Below are positions 48,544-60,458 of a stretch of 64,000 nt of DNA, in pieces. The stretch covers positions 43,648,001 through 43,712,000 of the forward strand of contig OY740803.1 of the NCBI GenBank assembly GCA_963514005.1, read 5' to 3'. The stretch comes from Raja brachyura. Its lineage: Eukaryota. The notes below the pieces were generated by a model. That model made no database searches. It saw only the letters and a program-made list of their open reading frames with translations, and was not told the DNA's origin. The translations under genes and the position numbers were made by a program. The first letter of the stretch is position 1; every line of letters starts with the position of its first letter.

Positions 48544-51450
48544 GAATCATCAGGCCCAGGCAGTCTTGCTTGGATCAGCGATGACCTTGAACATAATCTT
48601 GTAACCCACATTTAACACTCGGGTGGGTTGCTGATTTCCTCCCCCTACACTTTTGTTTACAGTTGATGCCTCTCTTCATGATTTCTGACAAGTTGCCAGC
48701 GAGAAATAAAGCGATAGCATTGTTACAGTAAGTACAGCAAGTCCAGTCCGTCCGGTCTCTTGGAGTCAAATATAATTCAACTGACAGGCTGTCACTTTCA
48801 GGAGTTTTACTTGTCTCAAAGGAGTGAGCCGGCTTTGTCAGCTTGTCCAGCCTCAATGATTAGTTAAGACTTTCCATCTTGCTGTCATCTAAAGGAAATT
48901 CCAGGAAGGCTGCAAAAGATCAGACTGCGAGGAAGTTACTCCTCTTCTGTCAGCCTGCTGATCACAGGGTTACCCATGAGCATCCACTGCAAGGAAAAGG
49001 TTGAGCGCATCTCTTTCTACTTCACACTGCAGGGTGCTGTGGAGTAGAAATTATTTATTGGCTTCTCGGGTCCTTACACAGAGGGTGGTGAGTATATAGA
49101 ACGAGCTATCAGATGAGGTAGTTGAGACAATTGCTATGGAAACGTAAAAGACATCTGGACTGGTGCATGGATAGGGAAGGTTTAGAGTGATATGGGCCAA
49201 ACACGGGCAGGTGAGTCCAGCGTCGATGGGAATCTTGATTGGAATGGACGTTGAGCCAAAGAGCCTGTCATCATGCTCTATGACTATCAATCTTGAAGCT
49301 CCTCTTCAACATTCACCATCCGCCAATCTGCATTCCTTCCTGTTGTTGTCACATTCCCTTTGGACTCTTCTTGCCTTCTGAGCATTTTTGAGGGTGGAAA
49401 AACCTAATGATGTTTGATGATGTTGTTTCTCGCCAGCGTATTGGAGAAGCAAAGAACAACTTCACGGTTCACCAACCCGCATAGACTCTCTTGCATTCCT
49501 TGATGATTTCTGAAGTCAGCAGTGATATACGGCTTCTATGTCTCTCTGCCAACATTCTTGTTATTCTTTTGATGACAGACAGCCACAGCAGTCAGAGAAG
49601 GGCTTTGGTAGAACTGGTGGATACAAAAAGAACATCAACTCTGGAGTGGACTAACCTATCTGGTTTAGGCCCAGTGCATTGTCTTGGTGCTCCATCTGCA
49701 GGGTGGCTAAAGACATAACACAACTTTGCACTTTGTGCCATTCCAATCTGGACATTGGACGTGGAATCAAGTTTATTGATATGCCTGCTGGATTATCCTT
49801 CAGGTTGAGATCACCGCCCAGAATGACTGACTGAAACATTGCGAGAGGTGGTGGGAGATTTGGGAAAACAGGCTGCATTTGGTTCCTTGGAGCTGTAGTA
49901 GACACATTGATGACCATGAGTGGGGTATCTGTGTGTGATGAGCACTCCTGTCCTCACCATATCTCGCTGATTTCATTGATGGCAGAGATGTCTCTCCATA
50001 GCAGTGTTTCCTGCAGGAGGCACTCCTGGACACAAAGGCAGTCAGGCGAGGAGTGGGACATCAGTTCGCCGAGGCCCCCCTGCGCCCCTTCTCTCCCACC
50101 CAATGGTTCAATGGTGCTTTGATGTCACGTGCGCACTGCGCAGTGAAATCCTTTTTGCATAGATCACACGCATAGTGCATGGGTCGCCCTATATTGGCGC
50201 CATATAGAAAAAGTCCAAAGTCCGGTCCACTGGAGCGGCTCCCGATCCACATAAGCCCCAGGCCTCGTTCTTCACCCTCGCCTGGCTGGGCCCGTGAACC
50301 GACCCCCCCTATCTTCTTCCCTCCTCCCCAACCCCCTCACGCCCTCAGTTTTACAGACTTTTCCTTTCCTCCCGAGAATAAACTAGCCCACTCCAGTTTC
50401 TGGACTGCATTCAATCTGTTCTGCATTCGCTGAACTGGCATAAGATGTGATTATTGAAAGTTTGTACTATGCCTCCTCCATGCTGCATGTTGGTGTAGTA
50501 ATATTATTTCTTTGGAAGCAGGTGTGACTGCTGTACTTCACTCCTGAGTTGCCTCTTCCCACTGCCTGGGCATTGCAGCTTTTTCATTTTGGGCAGGTTT
50601 TGTGCTGGTGACCAGACCTGCCATTTGGCTGCCCAGAGGTCACGTGCTTTATGCCTCTGAAGAAAAGTCCCGAACTGAAACGTTGTCTGTTTATTCCATC
50701 AACAGATGCTGCCTGACCCACTGAGTTCCACCAGCACTTTGTGTTTTTCTCAAGATTCCAGCATCTGCAGAGTCCTATGTCTCCATTGTTTTGTGAACCT
50801 GCTTTATGCAATTTCAGCAGATGATCACTTTGCAAGAAACCACTTCATGCCTAGGTTTGTCGCAGGTTTGGCACTCTGTGGCTTGATTTGTTTTACGGCA
50901 GTAACTTGCACCAAATAGAGCAATATAACAGCAACCTTTCTGCTCTCGGTGTAGGTTTAATACTTCTCCTACGTCCATATGAAAAGCAATTCTTTGATAG
51001 CTATATTCTCTGGCCCTTCAACGAACCATTGGAGAAAGGCCAGGTCAAGAGAGATGCATGTGGACAATGAGTGTTTGTCCTCTTGTAAGACTGGAAAGAG
51101 AACCTTGCTAAGCAGTTATGGGAGCGTTTTCTTACCCTTATCCTCAAAGGATTTCAGCATCTTCAAACAGCCATCCACTTTTTGAAAGGATACATCAAAA
51201 TACCTACTGTGAAAGAAGTCTTTCAGTGCAAAGATTTCCTTTGGTCTGAAGCTGCATGCCTCAAGCAACAACTTCTTCACAGAGACTCCTCTTTCCTAAC
51301 TAAGATGCTGCAGCTTCAGCAGACTTCATGTGAATACCAATGGTTTCCCACTCAGACGAAATAGCCCTCATTGCCATCGCAGATGACGATTACAATCTCT
51401 TTCCTACCACGTTTAACAGCTCTTGGGGGGGATAAAAAATCCAACCTCAG
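48544..51450 (-). mobile_element. Highly decayed Tx1/L1-clade LINE (zinc-knuckle ORF1 plus APE endonuclease)
   Basis: Minus-strand motifs GHEVVSC..IC*NC and GHQHKTCP (~50590-50850), CLLQET (50005-50022), VINVST.AP and VILGGDLN (~49804-49915); interrupted by younger repeats. Confidence 0.65.
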
Positions 51451-53286
51451 GCAGATCTACCCCTGCCAGGGAAGATTCTGTCGATCTATTTATACATTTG
51501 TAATATCTGAATGAAATTAGAATAAGCAACAGGATTGAGGAGGCAATAACATTATGTGAACACAATGCCCTGTGGTAACGGTGGAGTAATATATGGAAGC
51601 AATTTTATGCATGCTATTACTCAGGCAACAGTTTAAGTGATTTATTGGACTCAACTGTTTCAACTTTTATCGTGAGACTTGGGAGTCTTTGATTGAAATG
51701 ATTTTTACATCAATTGAACCTCAATATTACCATGGTGATATCCACTTGCTATGCAGGCTCGGCGTTCTAACCTTGCCCATGATTTTCATAGCAATGGCTC
51801 GTCTAGTCTGTAAATTCCATGTATTTCTGAGAAGGGTCAATTGCTGTAGAGAATGCGTGCCAACCTCATGGAAAGTACGTTGTTAATTTGTGTTTTTTAT
51901 TTCATGATACCTTCTGCCTTCATAGCCATAAGCCTTCATGTGTTGGATACTCATTGATTCTACTATACACATGTACCTAACTACAGTGAAGTTCTTGTCT
52001 ATCACATGCAGTCTACAAAGTACACAAAAGAGCCGCCACATTACAAAAAGTACTCAGTAGAGTCATGATGGTCCCTCTTCATTCTCAGTGTCATCCCGCC
52101 TCCCCCCCCCCCCCCCCCCCCACTCCCACGCTGGGTCCCTCTTTGTTCATAGATAATACATAGAGTGTTTTAGATACCATTCTTACCCACACAGCAATTT
52201 TTCTTACTTTAATCGTAAAGCAAATATTGTCCACAGTTTTGAAGATAATCCAGCAGATGTTTTGGATGGGGTTATATTGATATATATATATATTTGTAAA
52301 CCATCATCTACACTTTCTTGTATCTTCATAAGTGATTTATGTTCATTTATTATCCATTTTGTGAGGTTATGGAATGAAATGTTATGATGTACTGTATTTA
52401 TTCAGCCATTCGAATATGCCTGGAGCACTCTGGCACCGAATGGCATCTCTACTTGTTCTCATTAAAGAGAAGAGTGACAGACATTCCTCCCTTTATTGCA
52501 CACGGCCGGGAATTTAGTTTTCACATTCATGTATGAAACACCCGTCTGCCATTTATTGGTCTTTATATAAAACTACATATGTACCGTTTTCCAAATGTTT
52601 ATAAGCAATGAAATGTCATCAAAAACTGCTCTAAGGAATGGTGTTGATGGATGTCTTCATTTACTGTGAGTGGGAGAGAGTTGCATCTAAATTGTAACGG
52701 CCTCATTGTCGGTGTGGAGCAATTAATCATGTTTAATCGGTGTCCTTTAATTCACCAAACAGGATTAAAAATTATCGGGTGCTCGAATGTATTCGCGCAA
52801 TTGTGAAATTCCGTGCAAACTGTCGAGGTTTATATTTATGTAGGATGAAACTGCAGATGCTGGTTTAAACTGAAGACAGACACAAAAAGCTGGAGTAATG
52901 CAAGCGGGTCAGCCAGCATCCCCAGAGAAAAGGAATAGGTGATGTTCCGGGTTGAGACCCTTCTTCAGACTGGGTTTACCTTCCTTGGTTTACTGTGTGT
53001 GTGTGTCGACCTATCTTCAATTATTTCAGCCTTCACTTCAATTAACTTCCCCCGCAGCCTTCTAAGTTGATTGCTTTCCTAACTTCTTTTAATCTTTATC
53101 TATGTTTCCAAAAACATTGATAATGCACTACCTGACCTTGTGGAAATCCTAATGAATTGGTACCCAGCTCACCAACTTCCCGGATCCTCCGCTCCCTATC
53201 TGTTAACCAGGTCCCCGGTTCCCTCGCTCCTTTTAAACTTATTATGCTCAATGAAATGCTACTGTTTTTTTGCCACAAAATGCCAA

Positions 53287-53722
53287 AGTGTGTTCCAGGC
53301 ACCCTCTCATTCTCTATGTAAAATGAAATATTATTTAATTTATGCTCCAGCATATCTTAAATTAATTTTAAAAAAAAGATGTGTAGGAAAGAACTGCAGA
53401 TGCTGGTTGAAACCGAAGATAGATGCAAAATGTTGGAGTAACTCAGCGGCACTGGCAGCAACTGGAGAGAAGGAATGGGTGACGTTACGGGTCGAGACCG
53501 TTCTTCAGACCCGACCCGTAACGTCACCCATTCCTTCTCTCCAGAGATGCTGTCTGTCCCGCTGAGTTACTCCAGCATTTTGCGTCTATCTTCGGTTTCA
53601 ACCAGCATCTGCAGTTCTTTCCTACACATCTTTTTTTTTTGTAATTAATTTAAGATATGCTGGAGTATAAATTAAATAATATTTCATTTTACATAGAGGG
53701 TGGTGGGTGCCTGGAACACACT
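53287..53722. repeat. ~435-bp near-perfect palindrome: PLE repeat plus inverted duplication of flanking DNA
   Basis: agtgtgttccaggcacc...tgtgtaggaaagaactgcagatg...gacgttacgggtcg | cgacccgtaacgtc...catctgcagttctttcctacaca...ggtgcctggaacacact. Confidence 0.9.
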
Positions 53723-53999
53723 GTCAGGGGTGGTGGTGTAGCAGATACAAATGCGGTGTTTAAGAGGTTTATTTTAATTTATTATTGTCACGTGTACCAA
53801 GGAACAATGAAAATATGTTTTGTTGTGTGCTATCCAGTCAGCAAAAAGACTAGACCATATATGATTATAATGAAGCCGTCCTCAGTGTGCAGATAAAGGG
53901 AATAATGTTTTTAGTGCTTTTAGATGGACACTTGGATATACGAGGAATGGTGGGATATGGATCATGTGCAGGCAGAGGAGATTTCAAGTTCACTTTTTT

Positions 54000-54930
54000 G
54001 AAGCAGAATTAGGCCGTTCGGCCCATCGAGTCTACTCCGCCACTTAATTATGGCTGATCTCTGCCTCCTAAACCTATTTTCCTGCCTTCTCCCCATAACC
54101 TTTGTCACACGTTCTTAATCAAGAATTTGTCTATCTCTGTTTAAAAATATCCACTGACTTGGCCTCCAAAGCCCTCTGTAGCAATGAGTTTCACAGATTA
54201 ACTACCCTCTGACTAAAACAGTTCCCCCTCACCTCCTTTCTAACAGAGCACCCTTTAACTCTGAGGCTGTGACCTCTGGTCCTAGACTCTCCCACCAGTG
54301 GAAACATCCACCCTCTGCATTTCATTATTCTGTAAGTTTCAATGAGGTCCCCCCTCAACCTTCTAAACTCCAGCGGGTAGAGGCCCAGTGCTGTCAATCG
54401 CTCATCATTTGCTAACCCATTCATTCCTGGATCATTCTTGTAAACCTCTGGACCCTCTCCAGTGCCAGCACATCCTTCCTCAGATATGGGGCCCAAATTT
54501 GCTCGCAGTACTCCAAATGCGGCCTGACCAGTGCCTTATAGAGCCTCAGCATTACATCGAAGGTGGAGTAATTCAGCGGGACAGGCAGCATCTCTGGAGA
54601 GAAGGAATGGGTGACAGTTCGGGTCGAGATCCTTCTTCAGACTCGGCATTGCACCTCTGGTTTGGTATTCCAGTCCTCTTGATAAAAATGCTAACATTGA
54701 ATTTGCCTTCCTTGCTAGCGATTTGACTTGCAAATTAACTTCTTGGGAGTCTTGCACCAGCACTCCCAAGTCCCTTTGCAACTCCGATTTCTGGATTCTC
54801 TCTCCATTTAGAAAATAATCTACACCTTTATTCTTATTACCAGAGTGCATGACTCTGCGTTTTGCTGCACTGAATTGCATCTGACACTCTCCTAACCTGT
54901 CCAAGTCCTTCTGCAGAGTCCTTGCTTCCA
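54000..54930 (-). mobile_element. CR1 3' fragment with a nested PLE repeat (~54557-54642)
   Basis: LQKDLDRLGE...RDLGVLVQ...LEFRRLRGDLIETY...FSQRVVNL frames. Confidence 0.9.
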
Positions 54931-55759
54931 CAACACTGCCTACAGATTAGTTTATCTCGGCATTATGTTCGGCTCAAGCATTGTCGGACAACGGCTCTGT
55001 TCCGGTGCTGCACTTTTCTATGTTCCATGTTTTTTGATCTGCAGTCAAATGTTGCTGCACAACTCTGACTGCGATCCTGTGGAATAATGATGGGTAAGCC
55101 TTCACTAGATGGCCGATTGAGTGAGGCCCTTAGAACGAGATGTATCTTCAGTCCTTGGGTTACATTAGGACTGCTGATATGTGAGACAAAACAGCAGCAA
55201 GGATGTTCATTTGCAGGCTGGAATCTAAAATACATTAGTTTTGAGGATGTGGTCAAGTTGCCAATTCTTTCATGAATTAATTGAAATTTAAGAAAAGTAA
55301 GGCATTTTAAGGTAAAATAGCTTTCTATGTTTGAAAAGCAAATTTACAAAGGGATTTTTTTTTTAATGTAGAAATGATTAATTCTATAATGAGCAATGAT
55401 GGATGATTCATGCTGATTTACTAGTCTACCATTCAGCATCTTATTCCCCTCTGGAAGAGGAATACCTTTGATTGGTATTCCATTGTGCCTCTGGTTAAAC
55501 ATGAGTGCATGTGATTTCTTCAGAGAGGCAGTTTCCAACTGAAGCAATGCATATTTCATAATCCTGGAGAATACTTTGCTCGAAGTAAAATGCACGAATG
55601 GAGGATTCTGCTGTGAAGCATAAAACCACTTCATGTTTCCACAATTCTCTGAAGCTAAAAAAAACAACCCACTCCTCATCTCTATTCCGAGTCGCCTGGT
55701 ATGCCCAATTATGTGAATTTATTTCTGCCCCATTATAATTTATTTTGCATAGATTAAGC

Positions 55760-57905
55760 TCATCAAACTCTGGGACCTAGGAGTTGGCAGCCCAACTCTG
55801 CAACTGGTTCCCCAATTTCCTGACCTGAAGATTGCAATCAGTAAGGACAGGTGACAATACCACCTCCACGATAATCCTCATAACCTGTGCTCCGCAAGGC
55901 TGGACTCGGCCCCTTACTGCACTTTACGGAAATAACACCAAGCTCCAGCTGCCCCTGAAGTCCCTGGAGGAGGAGTTTAAGGTAACTCGGGCTGGAGAGG
56001 TGATGCTGTACAGGGACTCCAGCGATCACTAGGTGGTTCAGGCAGGGGTGGAGGTGAAAACTGGGAGGAAGTGGAGAGCCGGCGAAGCCGTGCTGCAAGC
56101 GGAGTCTCGGACACGCCACAGAGTCCTGGTGGGAGCAGCGACTCGGGGAAGAGCTGGGCTGGTAACTTCCCAACTCCCCAGTTTGACAAGGTCAAGGGGA
56201 AGGAGAGACGCAGGCTGGTCCAGGACGAAGTGAGGGCAGCGGTGGAGGAGGAGAGATCTGAGAGCGGTTGGCTTGAGGCAGCAGGGGGCCTGGACAAGGT
56301 GGGAGCAGGCCATGGACTGAGCTCAACAGGTTGAACCACAGCGCATCAACTTCCTGGTCCAGGCAGTGTACGATGTCCTGCCCAGTCCATCGAACCTCTT
56401 CATCTGGGGCAAAGCGGAATCTCCAGATTGCCCGCAATGCTCAGGCAAGGGGACATTGAAACACATCGTGAGCTGCTGCCCAAAGGCTCTTGGGCAGGGC
56501 CGGTACACCTGGCGTCACGACCAGGTTCTTAAACCCATTGCAGAAGCCATCAGCATGGGAATCAGCAGCTGCAGACGAGCGCGGCCCACCTCCCAGATGA
56601 TCACTTTTGTGAAGGCTTTGTGAAGAACCAAGCTGTGGTTCTTGCAGCTTCCAAGAACCACAGCAGCCAGGAATCCGCCAGGAATCCGCCAGGAATCCTG
56701 GCGACTGCGTAGGACTGGCAGCTTTCTGTAGACCTGGTGAAACAGCTGAAATTTGCCACGACCACCCTGAGGCCAGATATCCTCCTGGTCTCAGAAGCGA
56801 CCAAAAACATAATCTTGTTGGAACTGACAGTGCCGTGGGAGGACCGTCTGGAGGAGGCCCACGAGAGGAAGAAGACCAAGTACGAATAGCTGGTCATCGA
56901 CTGCCATAAGCAGGGCTGGAAGGCAAGGTGTATGGAAGGCCCATCGAGGTTGGCTGCAGAGGATGTGCAGGGCAATCGCTCTGAGTGCACTGGGCATCAA
57001 GGGAGGGGAGAGGAGAAGAGCCATCAAGAACACCACAGAGGCAGCAGAGAAAGCCTCGAGATGGCTCTGGATCAGAAGAGGAGGTCCATGGGGAGGAGCG
57101 AATGCCACCTGAACACAAGTGGTGGTCTGATCAACCACGGCTGGGTCGCCTGGGTGAGGGTGACTGATATTGAAAGACCCAAAACACCCAATGACCCCAG
57201 GTTACATCGCTGATGATGTGTCCAGGAGCATCAATAGATGTATTTATATCAATCGCCATTCAACCATGGCTGGTCTATCGTTCCATCTCAACCCATTCAA
57301 GCCTTTGCCCCACAACCCCTGACACCCGTACTAATCAAGAATCTGTCAACCTCCACCTTAAAAAATATCGATTGACTTGGCCTCCACAGCCGTCTGTGGC
57401 AATGAATTCTTCAGTGTCATCAAAATGAAGAAGCTGGTCACCAACTTCAGGAAGCAGGGTGGAGTACCTGCCTCGGTCAGTATCATTGGTGCTGATGTGG
57501 AGAGAGTCAAGTGCTTCAGGTTCTAGGGTGTAAACATCACCCATGAACCTCATTGATGCTACAGTCACAAGCACACCAACCAACACCGTTACTTTCTCCG
57601 ACGTCAGGCAACATTAGGTATGTCCCCAGTGACTCTGACCAAGTTTTATAGATGGACCATAGAAAGCATCCTGTCCAAATGCATCACAGATTGGGATAGC
57701 AACTGCTATACCCCAGACTGCAAGAAGTTGTGATCTCTGCCCAAACCATCACGCAGACCAGCGTCCCCTCCATTGTCTCCATCTACAGTTTCCGCTGTTT
57801 CCGAAAAGCAGCCCCCTGTCCTGTTGGGTACAAGATTCGAAATTCGTCACCAGGCTCAAGAATAGCTTTTTTCCCCACTGTTATAAGACTCCTGAATGGT
57901 CCTCT
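55760..57905 (+). mobile_element. Old Rex1/Babar RT relic split by HERO-like and CR1 insertions
   Basis: QSVRTGDNTTSTIILITCAPQG at ~55835-55900; resumes ~57415 (K.LV.NFRK...VERVKCFRF) and runs to FFPTVIRLLN. Confidence 0.7.
55918..57250 (+). mobile_element. 5'-truncated RLE-type non-LTR retrotransposon (HERO-like)
   Basis: LYGNNTKLQLPLKSLEEEFKV; YDVLPSPSNLFIWG; CCHC knuckle CPQC...HIVSCC; RYTWRHDQVL; RLE motif RPDILLVS...LLELTVPWE...KKTKY; stops and frameshifts present. Confidence 0.85.
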
Positions 57906-58104
57906 CACATATTTGGATTAATTCTCGTTCTTCCAATCTACCCTCGCACCTTTTTATCAGCATCTTCTCTCCAGCTGTAATGGTGAGCGGCACTGTGGCA
58001 CTGCAATAGTTGTTGCCTTACAGCGCCATAGCCCTAGGTTCAATCCTGACGATAGGTACGTTTTCCCTGCGACCACGTGGGTTTTCTCCAGGTGCTCTGG
58101 TTTC

Positions 58105-58935
58105 ATAAGTGAAAGGAGTAGAATTAGGCCATTTGGCCCATCAAGTCTACTCCGCCATTCAATCATGGCTCATCTATCTCTACCTGCTAACCCCATTCTC
58201 CAGCTTTCTCCCCGAACCTCTGTCACCCGTACCAATCAAGAATCTATCTATCTCTGCCTTAAAAATATCCACAGATGTAACGATAAATGGAAAAAGTGAG
58301 GTTACATCCCGAAAGAGAGTTCTCTCCTCCATTCACTCCAAGCACAGTAACGAGAACCATTTCCTGTTACAGTGAATACGTGCAGCAGATATTGGCAATG
58401 ATAGAACTGGCAACTAAATTTGCCATATGCCGTGAGGCAGGCATGTTAATGTAAAAGGTGGGGTCTGTTTGCAGAGAGAAGCTATTTTACAGCACTTTCT
58501 TTGGGAGGTGGCTTGAATAGAGTATAAATATAGAGTGTAGAGTATGTGTGGGAACGAACTGGAGATGCTGCTTTAACCTGAAGATAGACTGTACAGACTT
58601 TGTATGTTTTCCCTGTGACCACAATGGTTTTCTCCGGGTGCTATGTTTTTTGGCCATTCAGCCCATCAAGTCTACTCCGCCATTCAATCATGACTGATCT
58701 ATCTTTCCCTCCTAACCCCATTTTTCCTGCCTTCTCCCCATTAACCGCTGACACCTGTACTAATCAAGAATCTATCCATCTCTGCCTTAAAAATACCCAC
58801 TGACTTCGCTTCCACAGTCCTGTGGCAAAGAATTCCACAGATTCACCACCCTTTGACTAAATATATTTCTCCTCATCTCCTTCCTAGAAGTTCATCCTTT
58901 AATGACCTCTAGTCCTAGACTCTCCCACTAGTAGA
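58105..58935 (-). mobile_element. Two CR1 3'-end fragments (~58105-58275 and ~58650-58935)
   Basis: ggccatt.ggcccatcaagtctactccgccattcaatcatg motif present twice. Confidence 0.75.
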
Positions 58936-59934
58936 AACTAGTGGTTTCCTCTAACATTCCAAAGATGTGCAGGTTTGTAGGTTAATTGGCTTCTGTAAAT
59001 TGTCACTCGTGTCTAGGATGGAACTGCATGGTTGATCATTGGTTGGCACAGACTCAGTGGGCCGAAGGGGCTGTTTCCACGATGTATTTCTAAAACTCAA
59101 ATTATATACTCCTCTTTTGTACTTTGTACGATTGCCTGGATGGGACACAAAACAATGCTTTCTTAAAAAACTATTTCAGTATGCCTGACAATAATAATAA
59201 ACTTAAACCAAGGAAATAATAGTTTGTATGCTCTGGGGATTGTGCATAGTAGGATTTATTGGCCTACTTACAGCAAAAGGTAAACTTTTACAGTAAACAA
59301 ATTTGGCCTTGAGGGGACCTGACTATGCTGTGTGGATGATGCTTTGGGTATTAGAAGAATATTCAGTGCAAGAAATATACCAATCAGGATAATATTCACT
59401 GCAAGAAGTATGATAATGATCAGGATAATGTTGCAAAATCCTACTCGTTTTACAGTAAGTGCATTGAGATCCTGTTTAAAATACAGATTAATATTTCATT
59501 CCACATTTGAATTGCAGAATGTATTCAGCATATTTGTCGGTTACATATTGGTACCTGGTTCTGGAATACGTAAATATAAAAACTGATTTATTTTAATATC
59601 ACTTTATTAGTTGCTGGCCATTGCTTCTTCAAAGTTTCTGACAGTTTTGTAAGTTTCAGTGGCGACAGAAATCACTGTTTAGAAATCACAAACGCAGAGA
59701 TATGGTTCATTGGGACCATTCTGGCCTGCAAGTTCAAGTTCGTACTCTGGAGACCTGAATGAATAATCAATTGCCGAGCTTTTGTGCAGTAGTGCATTGT
59801 CAGAGATGCTATCTTTTGCATAAGATATTCCATGAAAGGCTCAATAAACTCATTTAACTATCCAAAATTGTGTATGAACAATCTGTAGGGCTAAATAATA
59901 GGTTTAGTGTCTGAACTACTAATGTGTCTATTCT

Positions 59935-60385
59935 GCTTGGATTGCTTACAACCCAACAGTATGAACATTGAATTCTCCACATTTAGGTAATCTCTAACAA
60001 GCCAAGCCCCCCCCCCCCCCCCCCCCTCTTCTGCTTCCCTGTGCCCCAACTAGATTCTCACCAGCTTCTCCCCCTCCACATTCCTTCCTCTGGCTTCACA
60101 ACTCACAACTGTTCAATCCTTTTGGCTCACACCTTTTTCTCACCTCTAGATTTGTCCACCACCTGCCCATCTCCAACTCTCCCCCCCCCCCCCCCCCCCA
60201 CCCCCCCCCGGGCTGTGTTCATCTATTACCTGCCACACACTGTCTTGCATCTCCTCTCTTCTAGCTATCTCCCCCAACCCATGCCAATCAGTCTGACAAA
60301 GGGCCCCAACCCAAAATATCCCATATTTATGTTCTCCAGGGATGCTGCGTGACCCGCTGAGATACTGCAGCACTGTGTTCTTTGT
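59935..60385 (+). mobile_element. PLE 3' end relic
   Basis: gcttacaacccaacagtatgaacattgaattctcc (LQPNSMNIEFS), then C-rich repeat and cagtctgacaaagggcccc...gatgctgc unit. Confidence 0.75.
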
Positions 60386-60458
60386 GTGTGTATCTATTAC
60401 ATGCACTGCAGCACTGTTCTAATAAGCATGTTTGAGGAGTGTGCAAGCAATTTCACTT

